In this document: positions 49,354 through 59,058 of the stretch, in pieces | Position numbering within the stretch: position 1 is the first letter of the stretch | How the letters are laid out: every line of letters starts with the position of its first letter | Source of the DNA: Candidatus Cloacimonadales bacterium | Lineage (GTDB): Bacteria > Cloacimonadota > Cloacimonadia > Cloacimonadales > JAIOQZ01 | DNA length: 64,000 bases | Reading direction: 5' to 3' | NCBI GenBank assembly: GCA_963662655.2 | Contig: CAXXTU010000002.1 | Coordinates: 2,240,001-2,304,000, forward strand | Notes under the pieces: generated by a model | Told to the model about the DNA's origin: nothing | Databases searched by the model: none | Seen by the model: the letters and a program-made list of their open reading frames with translations, nothing else | Position numbers and translations under genes: made by a program

Positions 49354-51015
49354 ATGGAATCGATCAACGACCTCGGCCAGGATATCATTCATCTGGCGGG
49401 AAAAGGGCTTTCCCGTTCTCTCTTCTTAGCACAGTTGTCCGAACAGCTTTTCAATTTCACGGAATGCGATGAGATCGAAATCCGTATCGCGAAACCACGG
49501 TTAACCTATCGCTTTCTATATGATAAATCCGACCGTAAAACGAGCTTCAAACGGGTAAAATTCAGGAGAGCCGAGGGAATCGTCGTTCCGGTCCTCCAGC
49601 AGAAAACAGCCCTCGAATCCTTGTGCGAAAAGCTCTATGAGAAGCGGTACCACCCGCAACTCAAGTACCACTATCAACGCAGTTGCATCGTCGTGGAAGA
49701 TACCATGAACTTCGCTCTGCCGGATCCGGACACGCTTTATAAAGAAACCGGCTGGGGCTCCCTGGCGCTGCTGGCGTTCTCATCCAGCGGCAACATCCTT
49801 GGTCTGATCATTCTGAAATCCTTGAATCGCAAGGGATTCCGCCTGGGAGACGTGGACATCTTCAAGAGCATCGCCGAGACCATCGGAATCGCCATCGTAT
49901 TCCGCAACACGCAGTTTGCCTTGAACGAGCGCGTCAAGGAGCTGAGCTGCCTGCATGGCATCAGTCAGCTCGTGAACGATTACAGGCTCAGCAAAGAAGA
50001 CAAGTTTCAGCGCATCGCGGAAATGATACCGCCTGCGTTCCAGTATCCCGAACTGACCTCCTGCAAGCTCCTCATCGATGGGAAGCTCTACGAGAGCGGC
50101 AACTCGAGCAGGCTTATACACACCATGGAGAGCATGCTGATTTATGAAGGGAAATCCTTTGGTAAGATCACCGTCATGCTCGGGAAGGGATCAAAATCGG
50201 AACTGGTCGAATTCCTCCCAGAGGAGCAAGCGTTGCTCGATTCGATCAGTCGCGCAATTTCCACGCTTGTTGCGCGAACGCGGTTCGAGCGTGAGCGCAA
50301 GGAGCTCGAGGAGCAGCTTCATCACGCCGACCGCCTGGCAACCATCGGCCAGTTGGCGGCCGGTGTTGCGCACGAGTTGAACGAGCCGCTTTCAAACATC
50401 CTCGGATTCGCTCAGTTAGCGCAGAAATCCCTCGATAAGCCCGAGATGCTCGAAGGAGACATCGGTAAGATTGTGAAAGCGGCGCTGCACTCTCGTGAGA
50501 TCGTCAGGAAACTGCTCTTGTTCGCCCGTCAGATGCCGGCGCAGAAATCGGCGGTAAATCTCAACGACGTCGTGAGAGAAAACGTCTCGCTGCTAGACAA
50601 CCGCTTAAAAAGCGGAGGCATCGAGCTTCGGCTCGAGCTTGAGGAAAATTTACCCGGGATCACCGCGGACCGCTCACAGATCAGCCAGGTCATCATAAAC
50701 CTCACTGTCAACGCGGTGCAGGCAATGCCCTCCGGTGGAACGCTGACGGTCTCGACGCAATGCGACCGCTCGGCAATAACGCTACAGATTCAAGATACCG
50801 GCACCGGCATCGCCAAGGGGATCCGACAGAAGATTTTTATGCCGTTTTTCACCACAAAGGACATCGGCGAGGGAACGGGACTGGGATTATCCGTGGTTCA
50901 TGGAATCATTACCGCCCACAAAGGTACAATCGAAGTGGAGTCGGAAAGCGGGAAAGGATCGATCTTCCGCGTCAAGCTGCCCTGTGAACACTCCGGGAAA
51001 GGAGAGCAATCATGA
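49354..51015 (+). CDS. Sensor histidine kinase with GAF-like domains
   Basis: GQLAAGVAHELNEPL, NL.VNAVQA, DTGTGI, FFTTK, GTGLGL; AGGAGG RBS before 49354. Confidence 0.93.
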   Translation: MESINDLGQDIIHLAGKGLSRSLFLAQLSEQLFNFTECDEIEIRIAKPRLTYRFLYDKSDRKTSFKRVKFRRAEGIVVPVLQQKTALESLCEKLYEKRYHPQLKYHYQRSCIVVEDTMNFALPDPDTLYKETGWGSLALLAFSSSGNILGLIILKSLNRKGFRLGDVDIFKSIAETIGIAIVFRNTQFALNERVKELSCLHGISQLVNDYRLSKEDKFQRIAEMIPPAFQYPELTSCKLLIDGKLYESGNSSRLIHTMESMLIYEGKSFGKITVMLGKGSKSELVEFLPEEQALLDSISRAISTLVARTRFERERKELEEQLHHADRLATIGQLAAGVAHELNEPLSNILGFAQLAQKSLDKPEMLEGDIGKIVKAALHSREIVRKLLLFARQMPAQKSAVNLNDVVRENVSLLDNRLKSGGIELRLELEENLPGITADRSQISQVIINLTVNAVQAMPSGGTLTVSTQCDRSAITLQIQDTGTGIAKGIRQKIFMPFFTTKDIGEGTGLGLSVVHGIITAHKGTIEVESESGKGSIFRVKLPCEHSGKGEQS

Positions 51016-52328
51016 ATCCGGAACGAATCCTGATCGTGGACGACAATCCAGATACCCGTGAAATGATCTATCGCTACTTATTCGGCACGTACGCCGAGGT
51101 CATGACGGCTTCTTGCATGGATGATGCGTTAAACCTTCTGGAGGAATACCCGTTCGATCTTGTGATCACCGATTACAAAATGCCCCACGGATCGGGGCTG
51201 GACATCGTAAAGCATATCCGACACAACTACAGGAATATAGGCCTGATGATGGTTACCGGATACGCCACGGTCGAAGGCGCAGTCCAGGCAATGAAATCCG
51301 GGGTTGAGGAATATCTCCCCAAGCCATTCACCGAAGAAGAACTCCTGCACGCAATCGAGAACCTCGCCGGGAAGATCAGAACGCGCCGGAACATGGATGC
51401 GGATGAGCCGCTTGAAGCGAAGTATGGCATTATCGGAAATTCCAAGGCGATTCGCAGTGTATACGGCATGATCGAGAAGGCCTCGCAGGCAGTAGCAACC
51501 GTGCTGATATCCGGCGAAAGCGGAACGGGAAAAGAGCTCGTCGCACGAGCCATTCACTACCGGAGTCACAAGAGCTCGGCTCCCTTCGTTCCGGTCAATT
51601 GTTCGGCGATACCCGAAGAACTCATGGAAAGCGAACTCTTCGGATACGTCAAGGGAGCTTTCACCGGTGCGGACACCTCTCGGGCCGGATTCTTCCAGAC
51701 GGCTGAGGGCGGTTCTATATTCCTCGACGAGATCGGCGAGATCAGTCTGGCAACGCAGGTTAAGCTCCTCCGCGTGATACAGGAAAGGGAGATTTATCTG
51801 GTTGGCTCACGCAAGCCAGTTCCCGTTAACATACGCATCATCGCCGCAACCAACAAAGACCTCCGCAAGCTCACAGACAAAGGCAGCTTTCGCGAAGACC
51901 TGTATTATCGTCTGAACGTCCTCAATATCGAGCTTCCCCCTCTCCGTGAGCGCGACAACGATCTCGAACTTCTCATTCGCCACTTCTCCAGGAAATTCGC
52001 CCTCGACATGGGAGTCGATTCACCCGTTTTCGCCGATGACACGCTCCAGATTCTCAGAAATTACGCCTTTCCGGGGAATATCCGAGAATTGGAGAACCTG
52101 ATTCAACGACTCGTGGTGATGTGCGGGGAAAACCGCATCGAACCCGCTGAACTCCCCAACTATATGAGATACGCACAGCCAAGAACCAGAAACCTCAAAA
52201 AAACACTCGCTCAAATGGAAAGCGATTACGTTAGGCAGGTTCTGGATTCCGTGGGAGGAAACAAGTCGGAGGCAGCCAGAATTCTCGATGTCGACCGCAA
52301 AACCCTGCGCTCGAAACTCAAAACCTGA
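51012..52328 (+). CDS. Sigma54-dependent response regulator (NtrC family)
   Basis: Receiver (VDD, TDYKMP, KPF) + AAA ([14 protein letters not shown]) + HTH. Confidence 0.95.
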   Translation: MNPERILIVDDNPDTREMIYRYLFGTYAEVMTASCMDDALNLLEEYPFDLVITDYKMPHGSGLDIVKHIRHNYRNIGLMMVTGYATVEGAVQAMKSGVEEYLPKPFTEEELLHAIENLAGKIRTRRNMDADEPLEAKYGIIGNSKAIRSVYGMIEKASQAVATVLISGESGTGKELVARAIHYRSHKSSAPFVPVNCSAIPEELMESELFGYVKGAFTGADTSRAGFFQTAEGGSIFLDEIGEISLATQVKLLRVIQEREIYLVGSRKPVPVNIRIIAATNKDLRKLTDKGSFREDLYYRLNVLNIELPPLRERDNDLELLIRHFSRKFALDMGVDSPVFADDTLQILRNYAFPGNIRELENLIQRLVVMCGENRIEPAELPNYMRYAQPRTRNLKKTLAQMESDYVRQVLDSVGGNKSEAARILDVDRKTLRSKLKT

Positions 52329-52353
52329 CCGAAATAGTCGATAACGCCCGGGA

Positions 52354-52477
52354 GACGGGAGCATCTTCACCCGATCCATGTACCGCGTGGTGTTTCACGG
52401 CGTAGCTTTTAATATATCTTCCGCTCGGAGCCGTGGTATATCCACGCGGTACATGGATCGGGCGAAGATGCCACGTC
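52354..52477 (+). repeat. Hairpin element copy 8 (symmetrised outer arm)
   Basis: GCATCTTCACCCGATC-CATGTACCGCGTGG-TGTTT-CACGGC...GCCGTG-GTATAT-CCACGCGGTACATG-GATCGGGCGAAGATGC. Confidence 0.92.
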
Positions 52478-52515
52478 GTTCAGGAATGAATCGGCACCCT
52501 CCCGCAATGACAAGC

Positions 52516-52669
52516 TGAGGCAAATCACCTCACTGGGGAATATCTCCTCACTTTTTTTTACATCAAACCACCTCTCTAATCTCTCACCGTAATCATGCGT
52601 ATCGCGTTATATATCAACATTTTATCATTAGCTTTTCTCCGCATTCCGCTCATTGGCACCCTTAATGCA
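52516..52669 (+). promoter_or_regulatory. Sigma54 promoter of gdh with tandem activator sites and IHF-like site
   Basis: TGAGG-N7-CCTCA (52516) and TGGGG-N7-CCTCA (52534); TATCAA-N4-TTA (52612); TTGGCACCCTTAATGCA, GG-N10-GC (52653-52669). Confidence 0.8.
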
Positions 52670-52770
52670 AATTATATTGGGCGAGTTCACGAGAACTCAC
52701 CCGGTAAATTTCGATCTACAAGAAATGGAAAAGATCGAGCCGGTATCAGTATAATCCAAGTGGAGGAAAA

Positions 52771-54060
52771 ATGGAACTTAAGTCATTCAACCCATTCAAA
52801 ATGGCACAGGATCAGTTCGATCACATCGCAGATCAATTGGACCTGAGTCAGGCGTCCAGAGACTTGTTGCGCAATCCAATGCGTGAGTATCACATGAGCA
52901 TACCAGTGAAAATGGATGATGGAAGCGTAAAGGTATTCCGTGGATTCCGCGTACAGCACAACGACGCACGAGGTCCGGGAAAAGGCGGAATCAGATTTCA
53001 TCCGCTGGAAACAATCGATACGGTTCGAGCGCTTTCCATGTGGATGACGTGGAAATGCGCCGTTGTAGATATTCCCCTCGGTGGAAGCAAGGGCGGCGTT
53101 ATCTGCGATCCACACAATCTGAGCCTCAGGGAGCAGGAACAGATCTGCCGCGGTTGGGTTCGCCAAATCGCCCACGACGTTGGTCCCCTTCGCGACGTCC
53201 CCGCTCCGGATGTCATGACCAATGCACAACACATGCTGTGGATGCTCGACGAATACGAAGTGATCACCGGAAATCGCTACCCGGGATTCATCACTGGTAA
53301 ACCGGTGGGTATGGGCGGATCTCTCGGAAGAACGGAAGCGACCGGCTACGGCGTCGTGTTCACCCTGCGTGAAGCGCTTCGCGAACTCGACATCAAGCCT
53401 TCAGACACCACAGCGGCCGTTCAGGGATTCGGAAACGTCTCTCAATACGCCATCGAGCTTTACAATCAACTCGGCGGAACGGTTCTTTGCGTATCCTGCT
53501 GGGACCAGGAAGAACAGAAGTCGTTTACCTACCTCAAAAAAAGCGGCGTCGTTCTCTCCGAACTGCGCGACATCACCGACCGCTTCGGCGGAATCGATCG
53601 TAACAAGGCAAGAGCGCTCGGTTATGAAATTCTCCCTGGCAGTGAATGGATGACACAGGATGTCGATATCCTCATGCCATGCGCGATGGAAAACCAGATT
53701 ACTGGCGAGAACGTCAATTCCATCAGCCCCCAGGTTAAGATCATTGCCGAGGGAGCCAATGGCCCGACAACACCGGACGCGGACAAAGTTCTTCGCCAAC
53801 GCGGCATCTTCCTGATCCCCGATTTCCTCGCCAACGCCGGTGGCGTTACTTGCAGCTACTTCGAACAGGTACAATGCAACATGAACTACTACTGGGAGAA
53901 GGATGAAGTCCTCAGCAAACTGGATGTCAAGATGACCTCCGCGTTCCTGGATGTCTCCTCCCTTGCCCGTAAGAAAAATCTCTATATGCGGGATGCCGCC
54001 TACATTATTTCGATAAGCAGAGTCGCCCAGGCGTGCAAAGAGCGCGGCTGGATCGAATAG
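52771..54060 (+). CDS. gdhA: Glu/Leu/Phe/Val dehydrogenase, probably glutamate dehydrogenase
   Basis: RGPGKGGIRF, GGSKGG, DVPAPDV, ATGYG, QGFGNV, EGANGPTT, NAGGVTCSYFE. Confidence 0.9.
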   Translation: MELKSFNPFKMAQDQFDHIADQLDLSQASRDLLRNPMREYHMSIPVKMDDGSVKVFRGFRVQHNDARGPGKGGIRFHPLETIDTVRALSMWMTWKCAVVDIPLGGSKGGVICDPHNLSLREQEQICRGWVRQIAHDVGPLRDVPAPDVMTNAQHMLWMLDEYEVITGNRYPGFITGKPVGMGGSLGRTEATGYGVVFTLREALRELDIKPSDTTAAVQGFGNVSQYAIELYNQLGGTVLCVSCWDQEEQKSFTYLKKSGVVLSELRDITDRFGGIDRNKARALGYEILPGSEWMTQDVDILMPCAMENQITGENVNSISPQVKIIAEGANGPTTPDADKVLRQRGIFLIPDFLANAGGVTCSYFEQVQCNMNYYWEKDEVLSKLDVKMTSAFLDVSSLARKKNLYMRDAAYIISISRVAQACKERGWIE

Positions 54061-54083
54061 ATTTTCCTGAAAAACACCTCTGT

Positions 54084-54117
54084 AGCCGTCACGCGGAACC
54101 CAGACCGCGTGACGGCT
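54084..54117 (+). other. Intercistronic 13-bp hairpin without U-tract
   Basis: AGCCGTCACGCGG-N8-CCGCGTGACGGCT between gdh and the next gene. Confidence 0.6.
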
Positions 54118-54139
54118 CTCCAAAAAATGAGGAGAAGAG

Positions 54140-55873
54140 ATGCACAGCACATGCAATGAACCCCTTTTCGACCGCTCCAGGCCGGTTTCGAAGCCATTCA
54201 CATTCATCGGAGAAGGCAAAGCCGGAGGCAAAGCCCAAGGTCTCATCGACATCCAGCAAAGCCTCGAAGACGAAATTCCCGTTGATGGCCTGCATGGAAT
54301 CACGGTTTCCATACCCCACATGACGGTTATTCGTACCGATGTCTTCGATCTGTTTATGCAGCAAAACCACCTGTACGATATCGCACTCTCCGGGAACGAC
54401 GACGAATACATCGCGCACGAATTCCAGAAAGCGAGCCTGCCCTCCTTCATCGTGGGCGACCTTCGTGCACTGGTGACCAACTGCAATCTCCCGCTGGCCG
54501 TACGTTCTTCCAGCATGCTGGAGGACTCGTGCAAAGAACCTTTTGCCGGCGTTTACGCTACCAAAATGATCCCAAACAACCAGCAGGACGTCGAAAAAAG
54601 GTTTCGTAAACTCACCGAAGCCATCAAGCTCGTGTGGTCGTCGATGTTCTTCAAGGAATCCGCCGACTACTTCCTGGCCACGGGAAAGGACATCCGTGAC
54701 GAGAAGATGGCGATCGTTATTCAAGAAGTGATCGGAAACAGATACAAAGATCGCTATTACCCGGTTGTATCCGGTGTTGGGCGCTCATTCAACTTCTATC
54801 CCACTGGCAACGCACGGCCTGAGGATGGTGTCGTCAACCTTGCACTGGGGCTTGGAAAAACCATCGTAGACAACGGGATATCCTGGACCTACTCCCCCTG
54901 CTATCCCGCCGCCCCTGCCCCATTCAACGGAATCAGGGCCCTCATGAACATGACCCAGACTCGTTTTTTCGCGGTCAACATGGGACACATCCCCGAGTTC
55001 AACCCAATCAAGGAATCCGAATTCCTTTCGACCGCATCCCTGAAAGACGCGGAGCAAGACGGTACGCTGACTCACCTCTGCTCCTCGTGGGACTATGAAA
55101 ACGACCGGATTGTGACAGGACTCTACGGTAAATCGGCGCGTATCCTCAACTTCTCTCCCATCTTGCAGGCGCGCACCATCCACCTCAACGACGCCATCCT
55201 CAGGCTGTTGGATATCTGTGAAAAGAAATACGGTACCCACGTGGAAATTGAATTCGCAATGATGTACGATCGCGAAACTGGCCGGAAGCCTCACATCGGG
55301 TTTCTGCAAGTTCGTCCGATGAACGTATCTTCCACCTTTGTCGATCTCGATGAAATCAAATCGCCGGACAACCGTTTCCTGCTCGAGGAAGCCGAAAGCA
55401 TGGGCAACGGAATCCGCGAGGATATCCAGGACATCGTGTTTGTAGACCCCGGCATGTTCTCGTCGTCGCAGACAAGAGAAATCGCCGGAGAGGTCGAGCA
55501 ACTGAATCGAACGCTCCTAGACAGCAAACGTCCGTACCTGTTGATCGGGTTCGGCAGATGGGGATCGTCGGATTCCTGGCTGGGCATTCCCGTGACCTGG
55601 AGGCAGATATCCGGCGCTGCGACAATCGTGGAATCGACCCTTCCCGGGATGATACCGGAGCTGAGCCAGGGATCGCATTTCTTCCACAACATGATCGCCT
55701 TCAACGTCTTTTACTTTACAATTCGGGACGAGGGCGGATTAAAGATTGACTGGGAATGGCTCATGTCCCTTCCTGTAGAAAACCAAACCAGGCACGTTCG
55801 TCACGTACGGCTGGATGCACCTCTGAAGGTCGTTGCTGACGGACGCAAGAAAAAAGGGATGATCATACGATGA
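54140..55873 (+). CDS. PEP-synthase/PPDK N-terminal-like ATP-grasp protein
   Basis: GGKAQGL, VRSSSMLED, FAGVY, QEVIG, GLG, EIEFA, LQVRP; C-terminal GSHFF; no PEP-binding TIM barrel. Confidence 0.85.
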   Translation: MHSTCNEPLFDRSRPVSKPFTFIGEGKAGGKAQGLIDIQQSLEDEIPVDGLHGITVSIPHMTVIRTDVFDLFMQQNHLYDIALSGNDDEYIAHEFQKASLPSFIVGDLRALVTNCNLPLAVRSSSMLEDSCKEPFAGVYATKMIPNNQQDVEKRFRKLTEAIKLVWSSMFFKESADYFLATGKDIRDEKMAIVIQEVIGNRYKDRYYPVVSGVGRSFNFYPTGNARPEDGVVNLALGLGKTIVDNGISWTYSPCYPAAPAPFNGIRALMNMTQTRFFAVNMGHIPEFNPIKESEFLSTASLKDAEQDGTLTHLCSSWDYENDRIVTGLYGKSARILNFSPILQARTIHLNDAILRLLDICEKKYGTHVEIEFAMMYDRETGRKPHIGFLQVRPMNVSSTFVDLDEIKSPDNRFLLEEAESMGNGIREDIQDIVFVDPGMFSSSQTREIAGEVEQLNRTLLDSKRPYLLIGFGRWGSSDSWLGIPVTWRQISGAATIVESTLPGMIPELSQGSHFFHNMIAFNVFYFTIRDEGGLKIDWEWLMSLPVENQTRHVRHVRLDAPLKVVADGRKKKGMIIR

Positions 55874-58800
55874 CGGGATACGACGAAAATCTCAAGCAAC
55901 TGCTGAATAGTCTGAACGAACGCGCAAAAGAGCTGAACTGCCTATACCGTGTCGATGAGACACTGCGCAACGAAAAGCAGTCCCTCGCCGAGACCATGAA
56001 CAAGCTGGTAAAAATCATTCCCGACGGCTGGCAGCATTGCGATATCTGTCAGGTGAAGGTTTCGCTCAACGGGGATCGATTCCAGACAACGGATTTCCAC
56101 GATTCACAGTGGTCACAAATCGCTCCTATACTGGTCAACCAGAAGAAGGTCGGCGAGATACAGATCAGCTACAGCCGGGATACCGGTCACGTAAACCCGT
56201 TCCTCAAAGAGGAAGAAAAACTGCTTCACACGATCGCCGATAAAATCAGCGATTACCTGCACCGCCAGGAATTGAAACAGACTATCGACGAATGGCGCAT
56301 GGTTCGCGCCTCCATCGCTTCCAGCGAGCGCACCGACTGGAAAGTCATCATCGACTTACTCCTGCGAACCGACACCGAAGCATACCTCAGAATCGCACGC
56401 AAGATGATGAACTACCTCTACTGGATCGGCAGCGACGAAGCGATCTCTCAACTGGAAACGCTCGAATTGCAGGAGATGGAGAACCAGACAGAATTGCAGC
56501 TCTTCGCCAACAAGCCCATGAACCGCCAGGACAAGAAATTCATTCTGGAGCGGAACCACAAGGTTTTCGACATCGCCGAGAACTTCCTTTCCGGTGAAGA
56601 AATCCTCGATAATCTCCAGAAATGGATTCAAGAAGACCGTATCAGCTTCTTCGTGCTGGCACTGGAAGACCTGGCAACCTCGCTCAGCGATATTCAGAAC
56701 GCGCTCGCTCGCTACTACTCGCTTGGACTGGACAAAATCGAGCTCACCCAGTACACGCGCAAGAACATCAACGTCCTCTTGATCCTGCGCTTCTTCACCG
56801 ACCAGCTCGAATTCATCAACATCGCGAAGGATTTTATCCGGGTGGACGCCTTTCAGTCGCTCATCCAGCACATGATCTTCCCCAACAACAGCCATGGCAA
56901 GCTCGGTGGGAAGAGCGCCGGAATCTTTCTGGCGCACAGCATCCTCGAGAAGGAGATCGGCGATTCGCTACAAAACATCGATATCCGCTACCCGAAGACA
57001 TGGTACATCACTTCCGACACCATGCACAGGTTCCTCTATTACAACAACCTCAAGGAGATCATCGAGCAGAAGTACAAGGACATCGAACAGGTACGGGAGG
57101 AATACGGAAACGTAATCCAGATGTTCAAGAACAGCCACTTCCCCCCCGAGATCGTGAAAGACCTTTCGAGAGCGCTCGACGATTTCGGCGACCATCCTAT
57201 CATCGTCCGGAGTTCAAGCCTGCTCGAAGATCGAGTGGGAGCAGCCTTTTCTGGCAAATACAAAAGCCTCTTCCTCGCCAATCAGGGGAGCAAGCCGGAG
57301 CGCTTAAACGCACTAATGGACGCCATTTCAGAAGTGTATGCATCCACATTCGGGCCCGACCCCATCGTCTATCGCAAGGAGCGCGGCCTCCTCGACTTCC
57401 ATGAAGAAATGGCCATCATCATCCAGGAGGTGGTGGGAGCGCGGATCGGGAAATACTTCCTTCCCGCCTTTGCCGGGGTTGCCTTCAGCAACAACGAATT
57501 CCGGTGGTCGCCCCGCATCAGTCGCGAGGACGGTCTGATCCGCATCGTTCCCGGCCTGGGAACCCGCGCTGTCGATCGCCTGAGCGACGACTTCCCCATC
57601 CTGATCGCCCCCGGGCGTCCCAATCTCCGCGTGAATGTATCCGACGACGAAATCCTCCGTTACGCCCCGCGCAAGATCGATCTGATCAACCTCGAGAAGA
57701 ACACCTTCGAAACGGTCGAAGCAAGCGATTTGATCAGGCAATACGGTGAAGAATACCCCATGATCGAGCAAGTCGTTTCCATCAACCAGAAACCGAGTAT
57801 TGTCACAAAAAACCGCTTCAGTATCGACTTCGAGAATGACGACGCTGTCGTGACTTTCCACGGGCTCACTGCCGGCACCCCCGAGAAAGGCAACTACGTG
57901 CTGCTGATCAAGGAAATCCTGCAAATCCTCAAAGAGAAGATGGGCGTGCCCGTGGACATCGAGTTCGCATGTGACGGAAAAGCGCTATACCTCCTGCAAT
58001 GTCGTTCGCAGAGCGCCGATGAGACGCAGGTCGCAGCGAGCATTCCCAAGGATGTGCCGGAGAAGGACATTCTATTCACGGCGCGGAAGTATATTTCGAA
58101 CGGCTATATCCCGGAGGTGACGCACATCGTGTACGTCGATCCCGACCGATACAGCAGTCTGAACTCTCTGGAAGAGCTCAAGACCATCGGCAAGGTGGTG
58201 GGAAGGCTCAACGCGATTCTTCCCAAGAGGAAATTCATACTCATGGGGCCCGGGAGATGGGGCAGTCGCGGAGACATCAAACTCGGCGTGAGCGTAACCT
58301 ACGCGGATATCAACAACGCCTCGGTTCTGATCGAAATTGCCCGGAAGAAAGGCCAGTACACGCCCGATCTTTCCTTTGGAACCCACTTTTTCCAGGATCT
58401 GGTGGAATCGTCCATACGCTATCTACCGCTCTATCCGGACGATCCCGACATCCTTTTCAACGCGGGATTCCTGAACGGATCGGAGAACATTCTCTCAAAA
58501 CTTCTGCCCGAGTTTGACTCGCTTTCGGAGACCATCAAGGTTATCGACGTTACTTCGTCCCGTCAGGGGAAGGTGCTCCAGATTCTCATGAATGCCGATC
58601 TCGATGAAGCTCTGGCAAGGTTCACCGATCCCGGCTCAATCGACGGACAAGCGACCGTGAGTGACGATAATCGCTCCGTGCAGCAGGAAAACCACTGGCT
58701 CTGGCGATATCGCATGGCGGAGAGGATCGCCCGGCTGCTTGATGCAGAACGCTTCGGAGTCAAGCACCTGTATATCTTCGGGAGCGTCAAGAATGCCAGT

Positions 58801-59058
58801 GCGGGTCCCGCGAGCGATATCGATCTGCTGATCCACGCGGAAGACGATCCTACCCGCATTCGAAGCCTGATTACCTGGCTGGAAGGGTGGTCGCTGAGCC
58901 TCGCGGAATTCAACTATCTTAAAACGGGATACCGGACGGATGGACTGCTGGACGTGCATATCATCACCGATAAGGATATCGAGAACCGCACCAGCTTTGC
59001 CGTGAAAATCGGCGCCGTCACGGACGCAGCAAGAATCCTCAAGATGAAAGGCCAATGA
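55870..59058 (+). CDS. GAF-like + PPDK-like ATP-grasp + minimal nucleotidyltransferase fusion
   Basis: LNERAKELNCLY N-terminus; GGKSAG, VRSSSLLED, DIEFA, LLQCR, GTHFF; C-terminal IFGS...SDIDLLI...LDVH. Confidence 0.85.
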   Translation: MTGYDENLKQLLNSLNERAKELNCLYRVDETLRNEKQSLAETMNKLVKIIPDGWQHCDICQVKVSLNGDRFQTTDFHDSQWSQIAPILVNQKKVGEIQISYSRDTGHVNPFLKEEEKLLHTIADKISDYLHRQELKQTIDEWRMVRASIASSERTDWKVIIDLLLRTDTEAYLRIARKMMNYLYWIGSDEAISQLETLELQEMENQTELQLFANKPMNRQDKKFILERNHKVFDIAENFLSGEEILDNLQKWIQEDRISFFVLALEDLATSLSDIQNALARYYSLGLDKIELTQYTRKNINVLLILRFFTDQLEFINIAKDFIRVDAFQSLIQHMIFPNNSHGKLGGKSAGIFLAHSILEKEIGDSLQNIDIRYPKTWYITSDTMHRFLYYNNLKEIIEQKYKDIEQVREEYGNVIQMFKNSHFPPEIVKDLSRALDDFGDHPIIVRSSSLLEDRVGAAFSGKYKSLFLANQGSKPERLNALMDAISEVYASTFGPDPIVYRKERGLLDFHEEMAIIIQEVVGARIGKYFLPAFAGVAFSNNEFRWSPRISREDGLIRIVPGLGTRAVDRLSDDFPILIAPGRPNLRVNVSDDEILRYAPRKIDLINLEKNTFETVEASDLIRQYGEEYPMIEQVVSINQKPSIVTKNRFSIDFENDDAVVTFHGLTAGTPEKGNYVLLIKEILQILKEKMGVPVDIEFACDGKALYLLQCRSQSADETQVAASIPKDVPEKDILFTARKYISNGYIPEVTHIVYVDPDRYSSLNSLEELKTIGKVVGRLNAILPKRKFILMGPGRWGSRGDIKLGVSVTYADINNASVLIEIARKKGQYTPDLSFGTHFFQDLVESSIRYLPLYPDDPDILFNAGFLNGSENILSKLLPEFDSLSETIKVIDVTSSRQGKVLQILMNADLDEALARFTDPGSIDGQATVSDDNRSVQQENHWLWRYRMAERIARLLDAERFGVKHLYIFGSVKNASAGPASDIDLLIHAEDDPTRIRSLITWLEGWSLSLAEFNYLKTGYRTDGLLDVHIITDKDIENRTSFAVKIGAVTDAARILKMKGQ

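Noticed and set aside
7293..52477. Hairpin repeats as CRISPR array or classical integron attC array
   Set aside because: Copies are dispersed kilobases apart beside core genes, with no repeat-spacer periodicity, no cas or intI gene, and no attC core motifs.
7293..52477. Hairpin repeats as plain Rho-independent terminators
   Set aside because: No U-tracts, three copies are antisense to flanking genes, and separate ordinary hairpins coexist in the 28650-29020 gap.
53401..54724. Long minus-strand ORFs opposite gdh and the PPDK-like gene
   Set aside because: Shadow ORFs with no recognisable motifs.
54140..59058. Annotation as ppsA/ppdK
   Set aside because: The C-terminal PEP/pyruvate-binding barrel is absent in both proteins.
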